Assembly: GCA_051294375.1 (NCBI GenBank) | Contig: CM119269.1 | Location: 7,483,446-7,547,445 of the forward strand | From: Paraspadella gotoi | Taxonomy: Eukaryota; Animalia; Chaetognatha | Direction: 5' to 3' | DNA: 64,000 nucleotides | The notes under the pieces: generated by a model | The model's database searches: none | Told to the model about the DNA's origin: nothing | The model's input: the letters and a program-made list of their open reading frames with translations, nothing else | Shown here: in pieces, positions 27,790 to 41,644 of the stretch | Layout of the letters: each line of letters starts with the position of its first letter | Numbering within the stretch: position 1 is the first letter of the stretch | Position numbers and translations under genes: made by a program

Positions 27790-30289
27790 GAACTCTGACT
27801 CAAATTGAGAGGACGAGTGTCTCGGTCGGGACAACTTTGGCGTCGGCACGTGCCGAGAGGTAGACTGATGTTGTTGTTGTTGTTATCTTTTGTGTTGTAG
27901 TTCTTTTATCGTCAGATCGTGGATGGGTGGTATAGTGTATAGTATAGTATACACTGTATACCGTCTATGCTGTATACTATAGAGCGTTTATCATAAATGA
28001 AGTGTATGTCTTTTTTAATTTATAGCGAGAATGAAACACGAATTGAAGATTGGAATTTTTCAGAATGAATCATTGAAGCGGAAAAGGAGATTAACACCTA
28101 TTTGAAGGAGGGAAAGAAAGAAAGAAAGATAGAAAGAAAGAAAGANNNNNNNNNNGAGAGAGAGAGAGAGAGAGAGAGAGTATGAGGAGGTGTTGGGATT
28201 TCCCTTCTTTTCCATTATTCGGAGGATGACGCCGCCGCCGCCGACGACGACGACGACATCATAGATCGATTTTTTCCCTCTTCTTATCTTTCATCCCAAA
28301 ATTCCTTCTGCCAGTTTCGCAATCGAAACACAAACTCTGTCGTCGTCGTCGTCGTCGTCGTCGTCNNNNNNNNNNNNNNNNNNNNNNNNNNNNNNNNNNN
28401 NNNNNNNNNNNNNNNNNNNNNNNNNNNNNNNNNNNNNNNNNNNNNNNNNNNNNNNNNNNNNNNNNNNNNNNNNNNNNNNNNNNNNNNNNNNNNNNNNNNN
28501 NNNNNNNNNNNNNNNNNNNNNNNNNNNNNNNNNNNNNNNNNNNNNNNNNNNNNNNNNNNNNNNNNNNNNNNNNNNNNNNNNNNNNNNNNNNNNNNNNNNN
28601 NGGGTGGATAAAGAAGGGTGACTTCTTGAGTGGCGTCGGCGGACTGGCGACGGATTTGGAAACAGTTGCGATGGAACCTTGGATTGAACCTTGGATGGAA
28701 CCGACCAAAAAGCCTTTGAGAACAACGAGCATTGATTAAAGTCACGAAAAATGGAATAAGTTGACACGTCTTCACTGTGAGGCGGTGTCGGTCATATTAG
28801 CTTCAAGAAAGAATCTGATGACGAAATTCCGAGTGAAGGTCATCGAACGAAAAAAGGCAAATCTGGCAGAAGGAAGAGGTCATTGCATTTGGGGTCGAAA
28901 ATCGAGGTTGAGGGACGAAATCGTTTTGGTCAATTGAAATTCGTGTGAGGATCGGAATCGCCGATCACGATCTCACAGAATCTCAGGATTTTATCACGTT
29001 GTCGACAGATTCGATTTGAGTGAGTTATCTTTTGATCGTCGGTCACCGAGAAAAGGATATTTGATTTTGGATTTTTGGTTTCATCACATTATTGGTGTCA
29101 TTGGTCTTCTCACGTTGGAACACTTTATCACCGGATGTCACAACAANNNNNNNNNNNNNNNNNNNNNNNNNNNNNNNNNNNNNNNNNNNNNNNNNNNNNN
29201 NNNNNNNNNNNNNNNNNNNNNNNNNNNNNNNNNNNNNNNNNNNNNNNNNNNNNNNNNNNNNNNNNNNNNNNNNNNNNNNNNAAACGACATTTTCTCTAGA
29301 TTTAAATTCTTTGTATTTTGTCTTATCATAATCATCATCGTTTGTCGAGACACCAACGTTCAATTTGTGTGTTCTAGTCTAATATAATACATACATAAAA
29401 TATAACAATTATAATAAATTAAATAAATATAATTGTAATAATTGACGTCACGGCGCGGAATCTTATAATCTGCCCGCATTTTGAGAAACGACGTCGCCAG
29501 AAGCGAAAGATTAAAAGGGGGGCGGAGGGGGGGGCTTCGTTTCTCTTTGACATCCATGTCGATTCTTTTCGGGTCAATTGAAACGACAACAGAGCGGGGA
29601 GATGAGGAGGAGGAGGAGGAAGAGGAGGAGGAGGAGGAGGAGCAGGTGAAGTGTCTCGAAGCCTCGAGGAAGAAGATCGAAAATCGAGAGTCGCGTGGCG
29701 GGAAGACAAAGAGATGGAAATGGGACAAAAAGAAAGGAACGAAGATAGGACAAAGTGGAGACGGAAAAAGGGACAAAGAGAAGAAAATTTTTTTAACAGA
29801 GTGGAAATGGGAAAAGGGACAAAGAGAAGAATAACGGGATAAGGGTTTAATTATAGAAGGAGGAAAGAAAATTGTCTACCGAGATTTTATCGTCGATAAT
29901 ATTGCGATTTTTTTTTTTATTTGAAAGTTTGAAACTAACGTAATTTATGACAATTTGGTTATTTTGAAGGCAAATAGTTAATAATGTATAATGTCCTTCA
30001 GTCGCGCCTTTCCTTTCAATTCCACCCACGCGTAGATCCTCCTTTAAATCATCATCATCATCAATTCCGAATATCGCGCCCGGTGTTCGCTTCCGTCGTC
30101 GTCGTCGTCGTCGTCGTCACCGTCATCGCGGGGCGCTTCCGCCTTTTGTTGACGATCCCCAATTAAAATCCTCAAGAACAAAAAAAATCGATCAAAAATA
30201 AAAAAAACACAAAATACGTATTCTTTTTGAAGAGAAAATTGCAATCTCTCGTCAGCTCATCTTCTCTCTCTCCTCTTCATCCTCTCTCT

Positions 30290-30327
<38 letters not shown>

Positions 30328-31069
30328 CTCCCTCTTCTCTCTCTTTTCTATCTCTCTATCCGGTCAATACCTCAGCACGCGACTCCCTCCGGGTTTTATT
30401 TTTAGTTTCAAAATTTTCTATTACATTTTTTTTTAGAATAAAATTTAATCTTTTGTTTCAGTTTCAGTTTCAGTTTTCGCGTCATTAAACTAAATAGGAG
30501 AAAAAATACATATATTCTGGTTGAATATACTAGAACTCAAATTGTTCAACGCTCAACTAAATCAACTAAAATCATCATTATTATGGCTAATTATTGAACG
30601 CTAACTTTAACGAAAGAACTTTACCTAATTCTCGATTCGAGTTTTTTTTTTCATGTTTTTTCTTTTTCGGTTTTACGTTCAATTCTGTTTTCTTTAAATC
30701 ATTTCTTATTTTGTTTTGAGGATAATGAAAACATTTGATAAAAATTTTCATAATACGTACGAAATGTTTTGAAAATAAAAAGGAATAAAAATCTAAAATC
30801 TGCGATAAAAGAAATCGAAAGACGACGGATTAAAGGGAGTTCGCTGTAATTTTTACGAGAGAAAATAAAATATATCGTCGACGTACAGTGCGATTCAATA
30901 CAAAATTTCAACTCCGTTATATAGTATATATATGAACAGCAGGGTATTTCATATTATTATATGTATAATTGTATATATATCAAGTTACGAAAAAAAAAAT
31001 GAAATCCGCATGAACCGCGATGCAATAACTCAAACGACCATCAGTCCAGACTCTCGAAATAACTCTCTT

Positions 31070-31330
31070 TTTCTCAATAAAACTCGAGCTTCATATTTCC
31101 AGATTCCAAACAAGAAATCGTCGTCTTCAGCCAATTCGGTTCCACCCCACGATTCCATCCGCTTAACCCAAAAAGCAGCTTCAATTTTCTGCGGCAGATG
31201 GTCGCGCCGTCAATTGCGGCAGTGCCGCCAGCGAAGTTGCCCATCCGGCGCCGCCAGCGAGGCACGAGCGAGGAAATTCCAGCGGTTTACGTCATCAACG
31301 TCTTTGGTGACGGCAGAAGTTGACCGTCGC
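31070..31330 (-). CDS. Candidate exon with indel errors (…TKDVDDVNRWNFLARASLAAPDGQLRW…IEAAFWVKRMESWGGTELAEDDDFLFGIWKYEARV…)
   Basis: CAG acceptor near 31331 and protein-like, Trp-rich translation with a frame break. A noisy inverted copy lies at about 16262-16545. Confidence 0.3.
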
Positions 31331-31449
31331 TGTTGATCCGAGGATTTGGGGGGTTTTTGTTGGTTTTTTTTTGTTTGTTTTTTTGTTTTTTATTCTTTAT
31401 AAAACTTCATACTTGGAAAAAAATCTTCAGGTCGCAACAAACCTGGAAC

Positions 31450-31570
31450 TCTATCCCAGCTCCTTCCACAGACTAACCCATCTCTATCCCATCTCCTTCC
31501 ACAGTCTAACCCATCTCTATCCCATCTCCTTCCACAGACTAACCCATCTGTATCCCATCTCCTTCCACAG
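31450..31570. repeat. 33-bp minisatellite (CTATCCCATCTCCTTCCACAGACTAACCCATCT), about 3.7 copies, running into a gap
   Basis: Tandem units directly visible. Confidence 0.85.
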
Positions 31571-31904
31571 ANNNNNNNNNNTCTATCCTATCACGAACAA
31601 GAAAGGAACCAACAGAAAAAACCCTCATCTTTTCCTTTTCTTTCCTTAATCATTGACTCTCGCTTTCTACTCTTCCTCCTCCTCCTCCTCCTCATCCTCC
31701 TCCTCCCCTTTTATTCGGACCCAAAAATGTCCCAATTATCGGAAATTCTCTTCCCCCGCTGGCGACCACCATCTCGAGTAACCACCTCCGACCCATAACC
31801 ACCCTTTTCCCCTCACTGCTGCCCCTTTGGGTCTTCCACTCGTCCTCTTGGGCTCTGCCCCTCTGGCACGGAGCAGCATTGTTCAAGATTCTTCGGGGGC
31901 TTGA

Positions 31905-31948
<44 letters not shown>

Positions 31949-32113
31949 AAAACAGTGAAGACGAGGAAGACAATGATGAAGACGATGATGAAGATGATGA
32001 CGAAGAAAAAAAGAAAGGAAAAGCGATGCCGACGGCTAAGATTTCAAAAAACAAAGACAACCACGATGAGGTCTCAAGAAGGCAGTCAATTTTAGGTCCG
32101 TCCGTCCTGTACG

Positions 32114-32159
<46 letters not shown>

Positions 32160-32187
32160 GAGAGAGAGATGAGAGAGAGAGAGAGAG

Positions 32188-32239
<52 letters not shown>

Positions 32240-32599
32240 AGAATGTTTTAACTTTTTCCGCAACAGAGATTTTTTCCCGAAGAAGCCTTTGCGAAATTCT
32301 TGCACGAAAACAGAGAAATGGAAAGACAGAGTTTCATGACGTCGCTGCAATGAGAATTTCATCTTCGCCACTCCCTCGTATCTGCAGATGCCATTAGCCT
32401 TGATGCAAAGATTTCTGTCAAAGTTTGTTTCTCAACCAAGGAAACAAATTGAACTTCACATGTTCTGTGGAATAGTGGAAGGATTGATGGATGGATAAAT
32501 GGAAAGACTGATGGATGAAATAGGGAAAGAAAGGGTGGGGCGAAAGTCGTAATACGAGAAAGTCTACTTATGAATACATGTCCATTATAACCTTCCTTT

Positions 32600-32658
<59 letters not shown>

Positions 32659-34333
32659 AAATCTCTCTCTCTCGACCACCGAGACTCAAAATCATAAACA
32701 AAATAAGTCTCCTCTTCGAACTAAATTTTTAAAACAAAGAAGATTTTCGGTCAGAAAGAGCAAAAAAAAAGTTCGGTGATAATCGGACAGAAACTGCGAA
32801 GTAAAAAATTGTAAAATAAATGTAAAAACACTAAAAAAAATCCTCGAAAGTAAAAAAAAAAAATTAGGATGATTCATGGTGACACTAAAAGATGTCGATG
32901 AGAATAAACAAAATAAAACGGACAAAATGAATGACATGTTTGAGAATTTTATTTTTTTTAATTTCTGACGAACGAATTTCGCGCGGAGTTTGTTAGCGCT
33001 GAAAAAGTGTTTCTCCTTTGAAGTTTTCCTCCATCTCTGAACGAAACATCTTTTATGAATTTTATTTATTATCAACTTGAATTTATTTTTTTTTCGTTGA
33101 TTTGTTTAAAGCCTCGACTGGAAAAGTTGAGGGTTTTTATTTCGTCGGTCAGTCTGTTGATGCTTTGTTTATTAATCCAAACTAAGTTTAATACAATCAG
33201 TTACGAGGAAAGATCTCTTCCGAGAATCGTTCGGTGAAAAAAATTAAAAAGAAAGAAGAGGAAAATGTCAAAATAATTGAGTGACCAGCCGTAACGTTGC
33301 CACATTTGAATATATCTAAACTTTTTGTAACCCTTTTAACAATTTCCAAAAATTATTTATCTTATCAAAACTTGATTTCTACGATTCCCTTTTTGATTTC
33401 ATCCACTTATTCCTTATAAATTTAATTCAAAATATTTATTTTCCCCTCAAAATATTTTATCATCGATCATTCTTTTATTTTTATTTTTATTTCATTTTCC
33501 ACCCATTCGTTCGAAAACTTTTATATCATTCTCAAATTTCATTATTTCTTCCCTTCAATATTTTATTTTTCATCGGATTTCATTTTTTCACAAATTCGAT
33601 GCTTAACACGTGATTCTTCTCTTTCCTTTTATTCGAATCAGACTTTGTGTCTAGTCGAAGAACCAACCTTGATTCCTCATGCCTAACCTTCACACCAATC
33701 TCTCTCAAACCTCACCGGTCACCACCATTAACCACCATTAACCACCATTAACCACCTAACCCAGGGATTCGATGACCGCTTGCAACGAATTCGATTTCTG
33801 AATGATCCATCTTGAAGTCAAACTTTGTCCACTACGCCTCCTCGATCCCCACCCACTGACCACCACGCCCTTGTTAACCACCTCGACCACCATACAGCCA
33901 CGCCCGATTGACTCCCATGCCTCGAATTTACCCAAAGACGTTTCATTAAGGACTTTTGATTTGGCTTCAATTCTCTTTTTCATAATCCGATCCAGCCTTC
34001 AAGGCTCAGCCGGCTCGGAGGCGCGGCTTTTTGCCGCTCGGGCTCTCTCGCCCTTATTTTCAACCTCTCGATTCTTTTAATCGCATCTTTGTTGTTTGGG
34101 ATCAACGTTGCTCGATATTTATTAAAGTTTATTATTTTTACACTTACGTTAGATTATTTTCGCTTTCTTTAAAAGTTAGTTTTCTTATTACCGATATTGT
34201 AGTGTTTTTTGGCCTTATGTTAAACAATGCAATGGAAATTCAGTGCAAATCAAAATCGGTAAAGTCAGATTCAAAAATTCGAAAGACAACCAAATTTTTG
34301 GGACAAAATCAAAGAGAAAAGAGGACGACGCCA

Positions 34334-34364
<31 letters not shown>

Positions 34365-35815
34365 AGCTCGTCGCGCGAGTCTCGATTTCGCGATTGTGAT
34401 TTTGAACTAAAAAAAAAAGGAAATAAAGAGACAAAAAAGAAAGGAAATCAAGGGAATAAAAGGAAAGAAAAGGTCACGCTTTATTCTTTGTTCTTTTTCA
34501 TTTTCTTTGAGTCCTTTTAAGGATCAAATATTGATTGGAGCTCTCGATAACAGGAAGAAAAAAAAAGAAATTGAAAGCCCGAATCGGTTCAATGAAACTT
34601 CAGTTTCACGCCTTTTGAACAAAGAAACTTTGTTTCCCCTTTTAGAAGAAAAGATATTTTAGTTTCAATTCGGACCCAAGGTCTTCCTAAAATTCTGGAT
34701 AAGGCATTCGGGATCAGCAATGCCGTATCCGTGATTCGGTATTTCGGCATTGGATACATTGAGGAATTCGAAATGCCGCACTTCACTTCCGTTTGCGAAT
34801 GAGGGGAGGATGCGAAGGAAGAGGAGAGGGAAGAAGAACGGTAGAAGATAAGGGAGAGGGGGGAGGGAGAGGGAGGAGTGAAAGATGAGCTGAAGAACGA
34901 TAATGAAAACAAAGACGAAGAAAAGTAAGGTGAGGAGGAGGAGGAGGAGGAGGAAGATAAGGCGGCGTCGACGGACCTTTCCATCGACTCTGGCGCCGAC
35001 GTTTCCGCTTCCCGCGGCGACACTCACAACTCTACATTGTACCGCTTTAGATTTCACACCCTCGCTCGAGTCACCACCCTCACTGGCCTCTACTCTCATC
35101 CCGAGAGAACCGCCCACGGGCATTCCCTGACCCGTTTCCGTCGGGGGGGTCAATTTATTCTCACCCCCGGCTCTCACCAATTATAGAACGGTTTCGGTTT
35201 TGGACGAGGGTATCTTTACATTTATACGAGTTTGTAATGATTGTTAATTTTCACAGTTTATTTTATTTCTATTTTTGAGAAAAGTGTACTTAAAGTCTAT
35301 TTTCTCCGTTTCCTATTATCTTTTTTCTGACTTACTCTTCCTCCTACTTCTTCGTTTCGTATTGTAAACTGTAAATCGAAGCTGTAGGACTCCCAACCTC
35401 GCGGCTCGACTCTCGTCTTCCTTCCTCATTCCTTCTTCCACACTTCTCATCCATAACTTTTTAACTCACCCCCCCACCCCCAGTCCTCCCTCCACAGGCC
35501 CCACCTTGACCTCAACCCCCACCTCCCCCTCCCCATCATCCTTCGATCGAGAGTGTTCGATCGCCTCGGGGTTTCCCAGACTCGAATGCCGATCGCCTCA
35601 GTCCAAAATTCCAAGTTTTATGTTGTTGTTTTTTGTTTTTTTTTGTTTCTTGTTTTGTTGATAAATTTTTGTCTGACCCTTTTTGTTCTAATAGCGAGAG
35701 GGCCCATTGTACAGTATTACGACATCAATGCCTTAGAAATATTGAGAAATCTCTGCATGATAACTCTTGGAATTATTTTCTTAATTGCATGGTTGCTGTC
35801 GGTGTTGGTCGTTGT

Positions 35816-35846
<31 letters not shown>

Positions 35847-37335
35847 TTATTCGTTCCCATCATTTCTGAGAAGCGTTCCCCCCACTCAAATTTTTATGGG
35901 ACCCGAAACGGACCAGTGGAATGGAACCATGGATTCGTGACGACGAAATTGGTTCCATCGCGAGTTTCGATTCCATCGAATCCTCATAAACGCGAACGAC
36001 GTTTTTCTTTTTCCTTCGTCGTCGTCGTCGTTGTCGTCGTCGTTGGAGTTCCCACTATAAACGTCAACGGTAAAGTTTATCTCGTTTGAATATTTCCTTT
36101 TTCTGAAAACGCAACAACATTATTCTTATTTGCATATTGTAGAGTTTAACGAATGATAAGAGTAAAAGTGTTGTTACCGTTTTAAAGCGAGAGAATTTTA
36201 CAACTGAGCATTATCAAAAACAATAAAAAATTAAATTAATTGCTCTTATGTTTGTAATTAGAAATGGTAACTTTTGTTTAACAAAAATGACAACCTGCAG
36301 TAGAAAACTATATAAAGAATCGAAACATAAAACCAAGAGAAATGTAAATAGTGAATAAAATTTAGAGATAAAATAAAAGTGAAATTATATTACTTCGCCT
36401 GCGTTGTTAGAATCTATGAACAAGATATTAATGATATCGGAGATATTACTCTATTACAATCCAGTATGTTCATTCTTTTAGCTCAAATAATGTAAAAGGA
36501 TTATGTTCGTAATATTTGTTAAGTATACCTCAATAAAAAGAATTCCCTGATCCGTAATATAATTTCCTATTCATCAATGATCCCAAAGTTACAATCAAAC
36601 GGGTAACGAACAAAGATTCCCGGTGCGAGGTCAATCGGCCTTCGCCGCGTCGCCGCCCAACGGCGCAGCGGGTCGGCTGCAGCTCAGATTCAGCGGCGGC
36701 GTATTGCGGTTCTCAGCAGCGGCGCAGCGCGGCGCTGCCGCGCGCGGAAAGAGACCGGAAATGAAGGCGTTTCGACGCGGAACGGAGTTTGCAACTACGC
36801 GATCGAAAGTCAAATCGCGTCGATCGAAAGCAACGAAAAATCCGCGCAACGTGAGGCTGAAATGAGCCGCGACGGCGCAGCGTGAGTCCAGATTAGAGCC
36901 CGGATGTCGCAGCGAGGCGCAAGAACGAACCGGGACGGCGCGCGGTGGGGGATGTGAGAGGTGGAACGATCGGTCAAACGAAGGGCACACATTGATGGAA
37001 TATGATTAAAAGTGAACAACGATTAGACAACGACGTTAACAATGACTATGACAATAAACAACGACGACGAATATAAAGGCACTATTTTTTTTTTCGCTCG
37101 GTGGCATTTTTAGCATCAACCGTCGCTTCCGTCTCTAATTCCCTTTTATGGTTTTATCCTGAAAATCCTCGGACCGCCGAAGAAAACGAAACAAAGAAAA
37201 CAAGGAAATGAAAAACAAAAGATACAACGACGAGATTTTAATGGCGACCGCGGGCGGCGCTAGCCTCTTCAGTCTCGAGGGCTGACCCCCCCAAAAAAAC
37301 TTGTCCTTTTTCTATATTTTTTTTGTGGAGTTTCC

Positions 37336-37420
<85 letters not shown>

Positions 37421-38601
37421 TTATTAACGACCGACAGAGAGTGAGACACAGGAGGTCGTCACCCGGACGATCGTCACCGAATGACGTCGTCAAGGACACG
37501 GGATGACGACGACGACGACGACGACGACGACTAGGAGTCATTGGGTCGGAAAGGCAGCGACGGAGACCGCAAACTTACCCTCTCGAGTGGAGGAGACAAT
37601 GACTCGACCTCACCCGACATCATTTGGGGACCGAGTGTCTGACCGGCAACAACTACAACAAACTAACGACGCGATCGGTTGTCACGTGACAAGGCGTTGC
37701 TAGGGAGCGCCTTTCCTTGGCGACCGATTTCCGGAAAACAATAAGTGAGGTTGGGGAGAAAGAAAGAGAGAAAGAAAGAGAAATAGAAAGAAAGAGAGAT
37801 AGAAAGAAAGAAAAAAAGAAAGAAAGAAAGAAAGAAAGAAAGAAAAAAAGAAAGAGAGAGAGAGATTCAAAAATATTTTTTTCTCTTCTTCAAAAAGTTG
37901 TTATTATCTACGCGGCGGAAGTCAGCGTGACGCGCAGCGGAAGTCAGCGTGGCGCGAGACGCATTGCGCGAGGAAGCGCGAAGCAAAAAGGGAAAACTCT
38001 GACCCCCGACAGAAGCACCTTTTTCATATTCCTGAATTCCTTTGAAAAAAAAAGAAAAAGGAAAAAAAAGGAAAAAAAGAAAAAGAAGGAAAAGAAGAAT
38101 CCGGAAAATCCTGTCGCGAATCAAAAAGGATTTCGGGAAATTAGGGAATTTCGAAAATCGAAAACCTTAACTCTTCAGATGATGATTAAAATTTTTGGCT
38201 ACATCTCGAGATATACTAATTTTTGAAGCCAAAAGTAATAATTATACATGTATCAGTTTCGTTTTAAAAAAATAAAAAGGCAATAAATGTAAAAACCAAC
38301 AGCGGCGCTGATAGTGGCCATAGACTTGAAAGAAAAAGAACATTTGCGAGGATCGCCTATTAAATAATCAATCTCTCTCGATCGAAATAAAACTCCGGAA
38401 TAAAATCATTTCCTCGTCGCGATAAGAAAAATTATAAAGGGTCAAGATTTGGCGAAGATTTGGCGAAGATTTGGTGAAGATTTAGATCAAGATTTAGACT
38501 CAAGAATCGAAATCGATATCCTGGGATTTCGACCTCGGCGATCGACGGTGACGAAGGAAAGAAAAAAAAACAAAAAGACAAAAACAAAGAAGAAGAAAAT
38601 C

Positions 38602-38659
<58 letters not shown>

Positions 38660-38680
38660 AGAGAAAAAAAAAGAGAGGAG

Positions 38681-38742
<62 letters not shown>

Positions 38743-38818
38743 AGTAACAAACATTAAAATGTTGTTTTCCTTTGAGAGTAAAAAGCGGTGGAGAGCATCC
38801 GGAAACGCGCGGGAAATG

Positions 38819-38874
<56 letters not shown>

Positions 38875-39138
38875 TTTAAGAGTTCTCCATTGGTGTCTTC
38901 GTTGAACTTTCACCGCAAAGGAAACGAAATTCAAAGAAACAAAAACCGACTTTTACTTTGATCTTTTCCCTTCTTATGTTTTCTCTTATCCTTCTTTGTT
39001 GCCTTAGTATCGTTTGTTTTAGTTTTATTTAAGACATTTTTTAAACATTACCCAATATTATCCTAAAATATTAGCGAATCGTATCACAGTTTCCCCACCA
39101 ACCAGCCCCGCATTTTGTATCATCGGTATAAAACTCAC

Positions 39139-39372
39139 CCAAAATCGGCAGAGCTGCGGCGCTTGACCGAACGGATTCCTCTCGAAGGCCGCTGGACCGA
39201 GAAGAGTCGAGGAGAGCGCTCGATCGAAGATCGCGAGTGGGAAGGCAAAGGCGCTGGCTCGATCCCAAGATTAGACCCTCGCCCGAATCGATCCGGTGGT
39301 TGTCGTCGTTGTCGTTGTCGTTGTTGTGGATGGGAGAGTCTAACGCCGACCAGACGCTGATGGTGCAGCAGA
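39139..39372 (-). CDS. Candidate internal exon (reading frame uncertain)
   Basis: Pyrimidine tract plus CAG acceptor, strong donor GG|GTGAGT at 39137-39138, GC-rich, two frames open. Confidence 0.35.
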
Positions 39373-40063
39373 CTGATGGGTGAGGCGAGGGTGAGGCGAG
39401 GGTGGGGGAGAGAGAGGAAGGTGAGGGAGGAAGATGTGTTTAAATTGGTAAGTAAATTATAGGCAAGAAAAGACGGGTGAAACAAACAAGTCATTTTATT
39501 AATCAATTAAGTTCAACAATTTTCCCGATTCAAGGGATATATATCAAAAACCCCCAATATCCATCTCATTCCCCAATTATTCAATCCCGCTCCCCAATCT
39601 TCACCAATCCCCATTTTCGCAAACTCGAGGAAAAGCTGGCAACGCCTGGGCGTTTAACATATTTTTTATCTTTTCCGAAACAAATACTTAAAATCGGACA
39701 AATAAAAAAAAAGGGTTTACGATCGGCAAAATCTTAGCTTCTGATTCTCTACCCAGTTTTTTTTTTTTTTTTTTCCAAGTGATGTGGATCAGACACAGTG
39801 GGATTTTTTAAGATTGATGTACAATTTATCGGGAGAGGGAGAATAGCGTGAACTGTTTTCCTTGATGTCTGTGTGATTTGATATTGATGAGAGATAATAA
39901 ACCAATCAATCAAACAAGCAACCGATTAACCGACCAATCAATTGAAACGGTGAGTTAGTGGTCTAATAATACAAAAATCATCAATATAAATTTTTTTTCC
40001 CTTCTTTTTCTCAGCGAACTATTTCAGTTTTCTCTTTCAACCTCACCCATTCCCAAGTCTTAC

Positions 40064-40501
40064 CTTCGCCCAATCCCTTTCCTCCTCTAACTTACCTTCT
40101 TCTTCCAATTTCGGCGCCACAATCTTAGCTCTCATCTTCACTTTCCCTTCCTCGTCGGCGCTCTCTTCCAACCGGCGCCCTTCCAAAACAGCGCGCGACG
40201 CCGCGGGCCGTAGAGCGCCGCAGTCGCTGGTGACGAAGACGACGACCGACTCCGGAAGTGGTCGGCGCCCTAGGATTTCGGAGGCGTTGAGATTGAAGAC
40301 TTGGCGCCAGGAGGCGTCGGTGTTTGCGGCGCCGAGTGAAGGTGATTGCGGCGCGGTCTCCGCGGCGACGGCGTCGTAGTCGATTATCGGACGCCCAGCG
40401 GCGTCATGGTTCTTTTCGTTGTAGTTGTTGTTGTTGTTGTTGTCGTTGAAGATGTTAGAGGAAAAGTTCTCACGGACAATCGGCGAAGGTCGAAGGCGCG
40501 T
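40064..40501 (-). CDS. Candidate internal exon (…DAAGRPIIDYDAVAAE…WRQVFNLNASEILGRR…EERDWAK), probably N-terminal region of the giant gene
   Basis: GC-rich open frame of about 146 codons after a (CT)n tract and AAG acceptor, ending at AAG|GTAAGA. Phase does not match the signal-peptide exon, so an indel error or a missing exon is likely. Confidence 0.45.
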
Positions 40502-40510
40502 CTTTGGAGA

Positions 40511-40551
<41 letters not shown>

Positions 40552-40558
40552 AGAAGAG

Positions 40559-40590
<32 letters not shown>

Positions 40591-41076
40591 AAGAGAGAGA
40601 AAGAGAGGAGAGAGGAAAAACAAAAGAAAAAGTTTTGGATGAGTTTTGAGAAAGAAAAGAAGACAAAATAAATTTGGGAGTCGGAGTAAGTGAGGAAGAG
40701 AAAGAAGGGAGGAAGGGGGGGAAAGAGTTGTTTTTAAATGGGTGGTCTAAAAATAGAACTCAAATCGATACTCTCTCGCATTTCTTGATTTTACTACTTC
40801 CCTTTTCCGTCTCCACACCTTAATTAAATTTCCGACATTAAAAGGAGACAAAATAATTCGACGACGATAAATTAACAACTTTTTAAAAAAAACTTTTAAA
40901 AAACACAATCGTCGGCTCAACTTGATCGTCTAATTTAATTTCCCTCGAAAGTTAAAAAAAAAATTTTCTTGAGGAGTTTTTATTGTTTTTATTCTATATT
41001 TTATGGTTTCGTACTTTTTTCTCGTCAAAAGTCCCAAAGTTCAGAGAGAAAAATTTAGGTCAGGCATTAGACGGAT

Positions 41077-41187
<111 letters not shown>

Positions 41188-41529
41188 AGAAGCTCTCAAG
41201 TCAAGGATCGCCCGGCCCTTTTTCTTTTTGGGCTTTTTTTCTTTCCCTCTCTCCCAAATCAGTAAAATGCTCAAGATGCCTTCGATGACAGTCAATGCAG
41301 TTCGTGGGAAATGTTCTATATTTCTCTCTCTCTCTCCCTCTCCCTCTTTTTAACTCTTTCTCGCTCTCTCTCTCTCTCTTGCTTTCCCGCGTTCCTCTTC
41401 GTCAAATGTTTTTTGTTTTTGTAGGCGGGAAAAACAACAACCGATCGCGAAGATAACGAATCTTCACATTCGAATGTACAATCACAGAATCACAGAAAAG
41501 TTTCCCGCCAACGAAAAACCCATTCTCAC

Positions 41530-41644
41530 CGGGTTTCGTTTCCGCGCTCGTCTCTTCTCCGGAAACGACGGCGCCGACGACGACGATAACGACGATTAAT
41601 GTCACAGACGCCGAGGGCGTCTTTATCACAGTTTCACACTTCAT
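41530..41644 (-). CDS. Putative first coding exon with signal peptide (MKCETVIKTPSASVTLIVVIVVVGAVVSGEETSAETKP), probably of the giant membrane-protein gene
   Basis: ATG, hydrophobic h-region, AVVSG|EE cleavage-like site and a good donor G|GTGAGA. Same strand as the downstream type I membrane protein, which otherwise lacks a signal peptide. The link is inferred. Confidence 0.5.

Larger units (their letters stand above)
29070..32605. repeat. Right arm of the inverted duplication (partner 14600-18470)
   Basis: Colinear reverse-complement similarity along its length, including the 33-bp tandem array (31450-31570 vs about 16010-16150). Confidence 0.9.

Noticed and set aside
28810-28860. CTGATGA…GAAA as a hammerhead ribozyme core
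   Set aside because: No stem II between the motifs and no flanking stems I or III found.
31450-31570. 33-bp repeats as a CRISPR array
   Set aside because: Head-to-tail tandem units with no spacers, no cas genes, and a eukaryotic context.
34665-35180. 171-aa minus-strand ORF with an apparent transmembrane segment
   Set aside because: The hydrophobic stretch derives from a (CCT/CTT) low-complexity tract and no domain is recognisable. Parts could still be exons, but I cannot support boundaries.
35553-36089. 178-aa hydrophobic plus-strand ORF
   Set aside because: The hydrophobicity comes from T-rich and (GTC)n repeats; no ATG-led gene structure or homology is recognisable.
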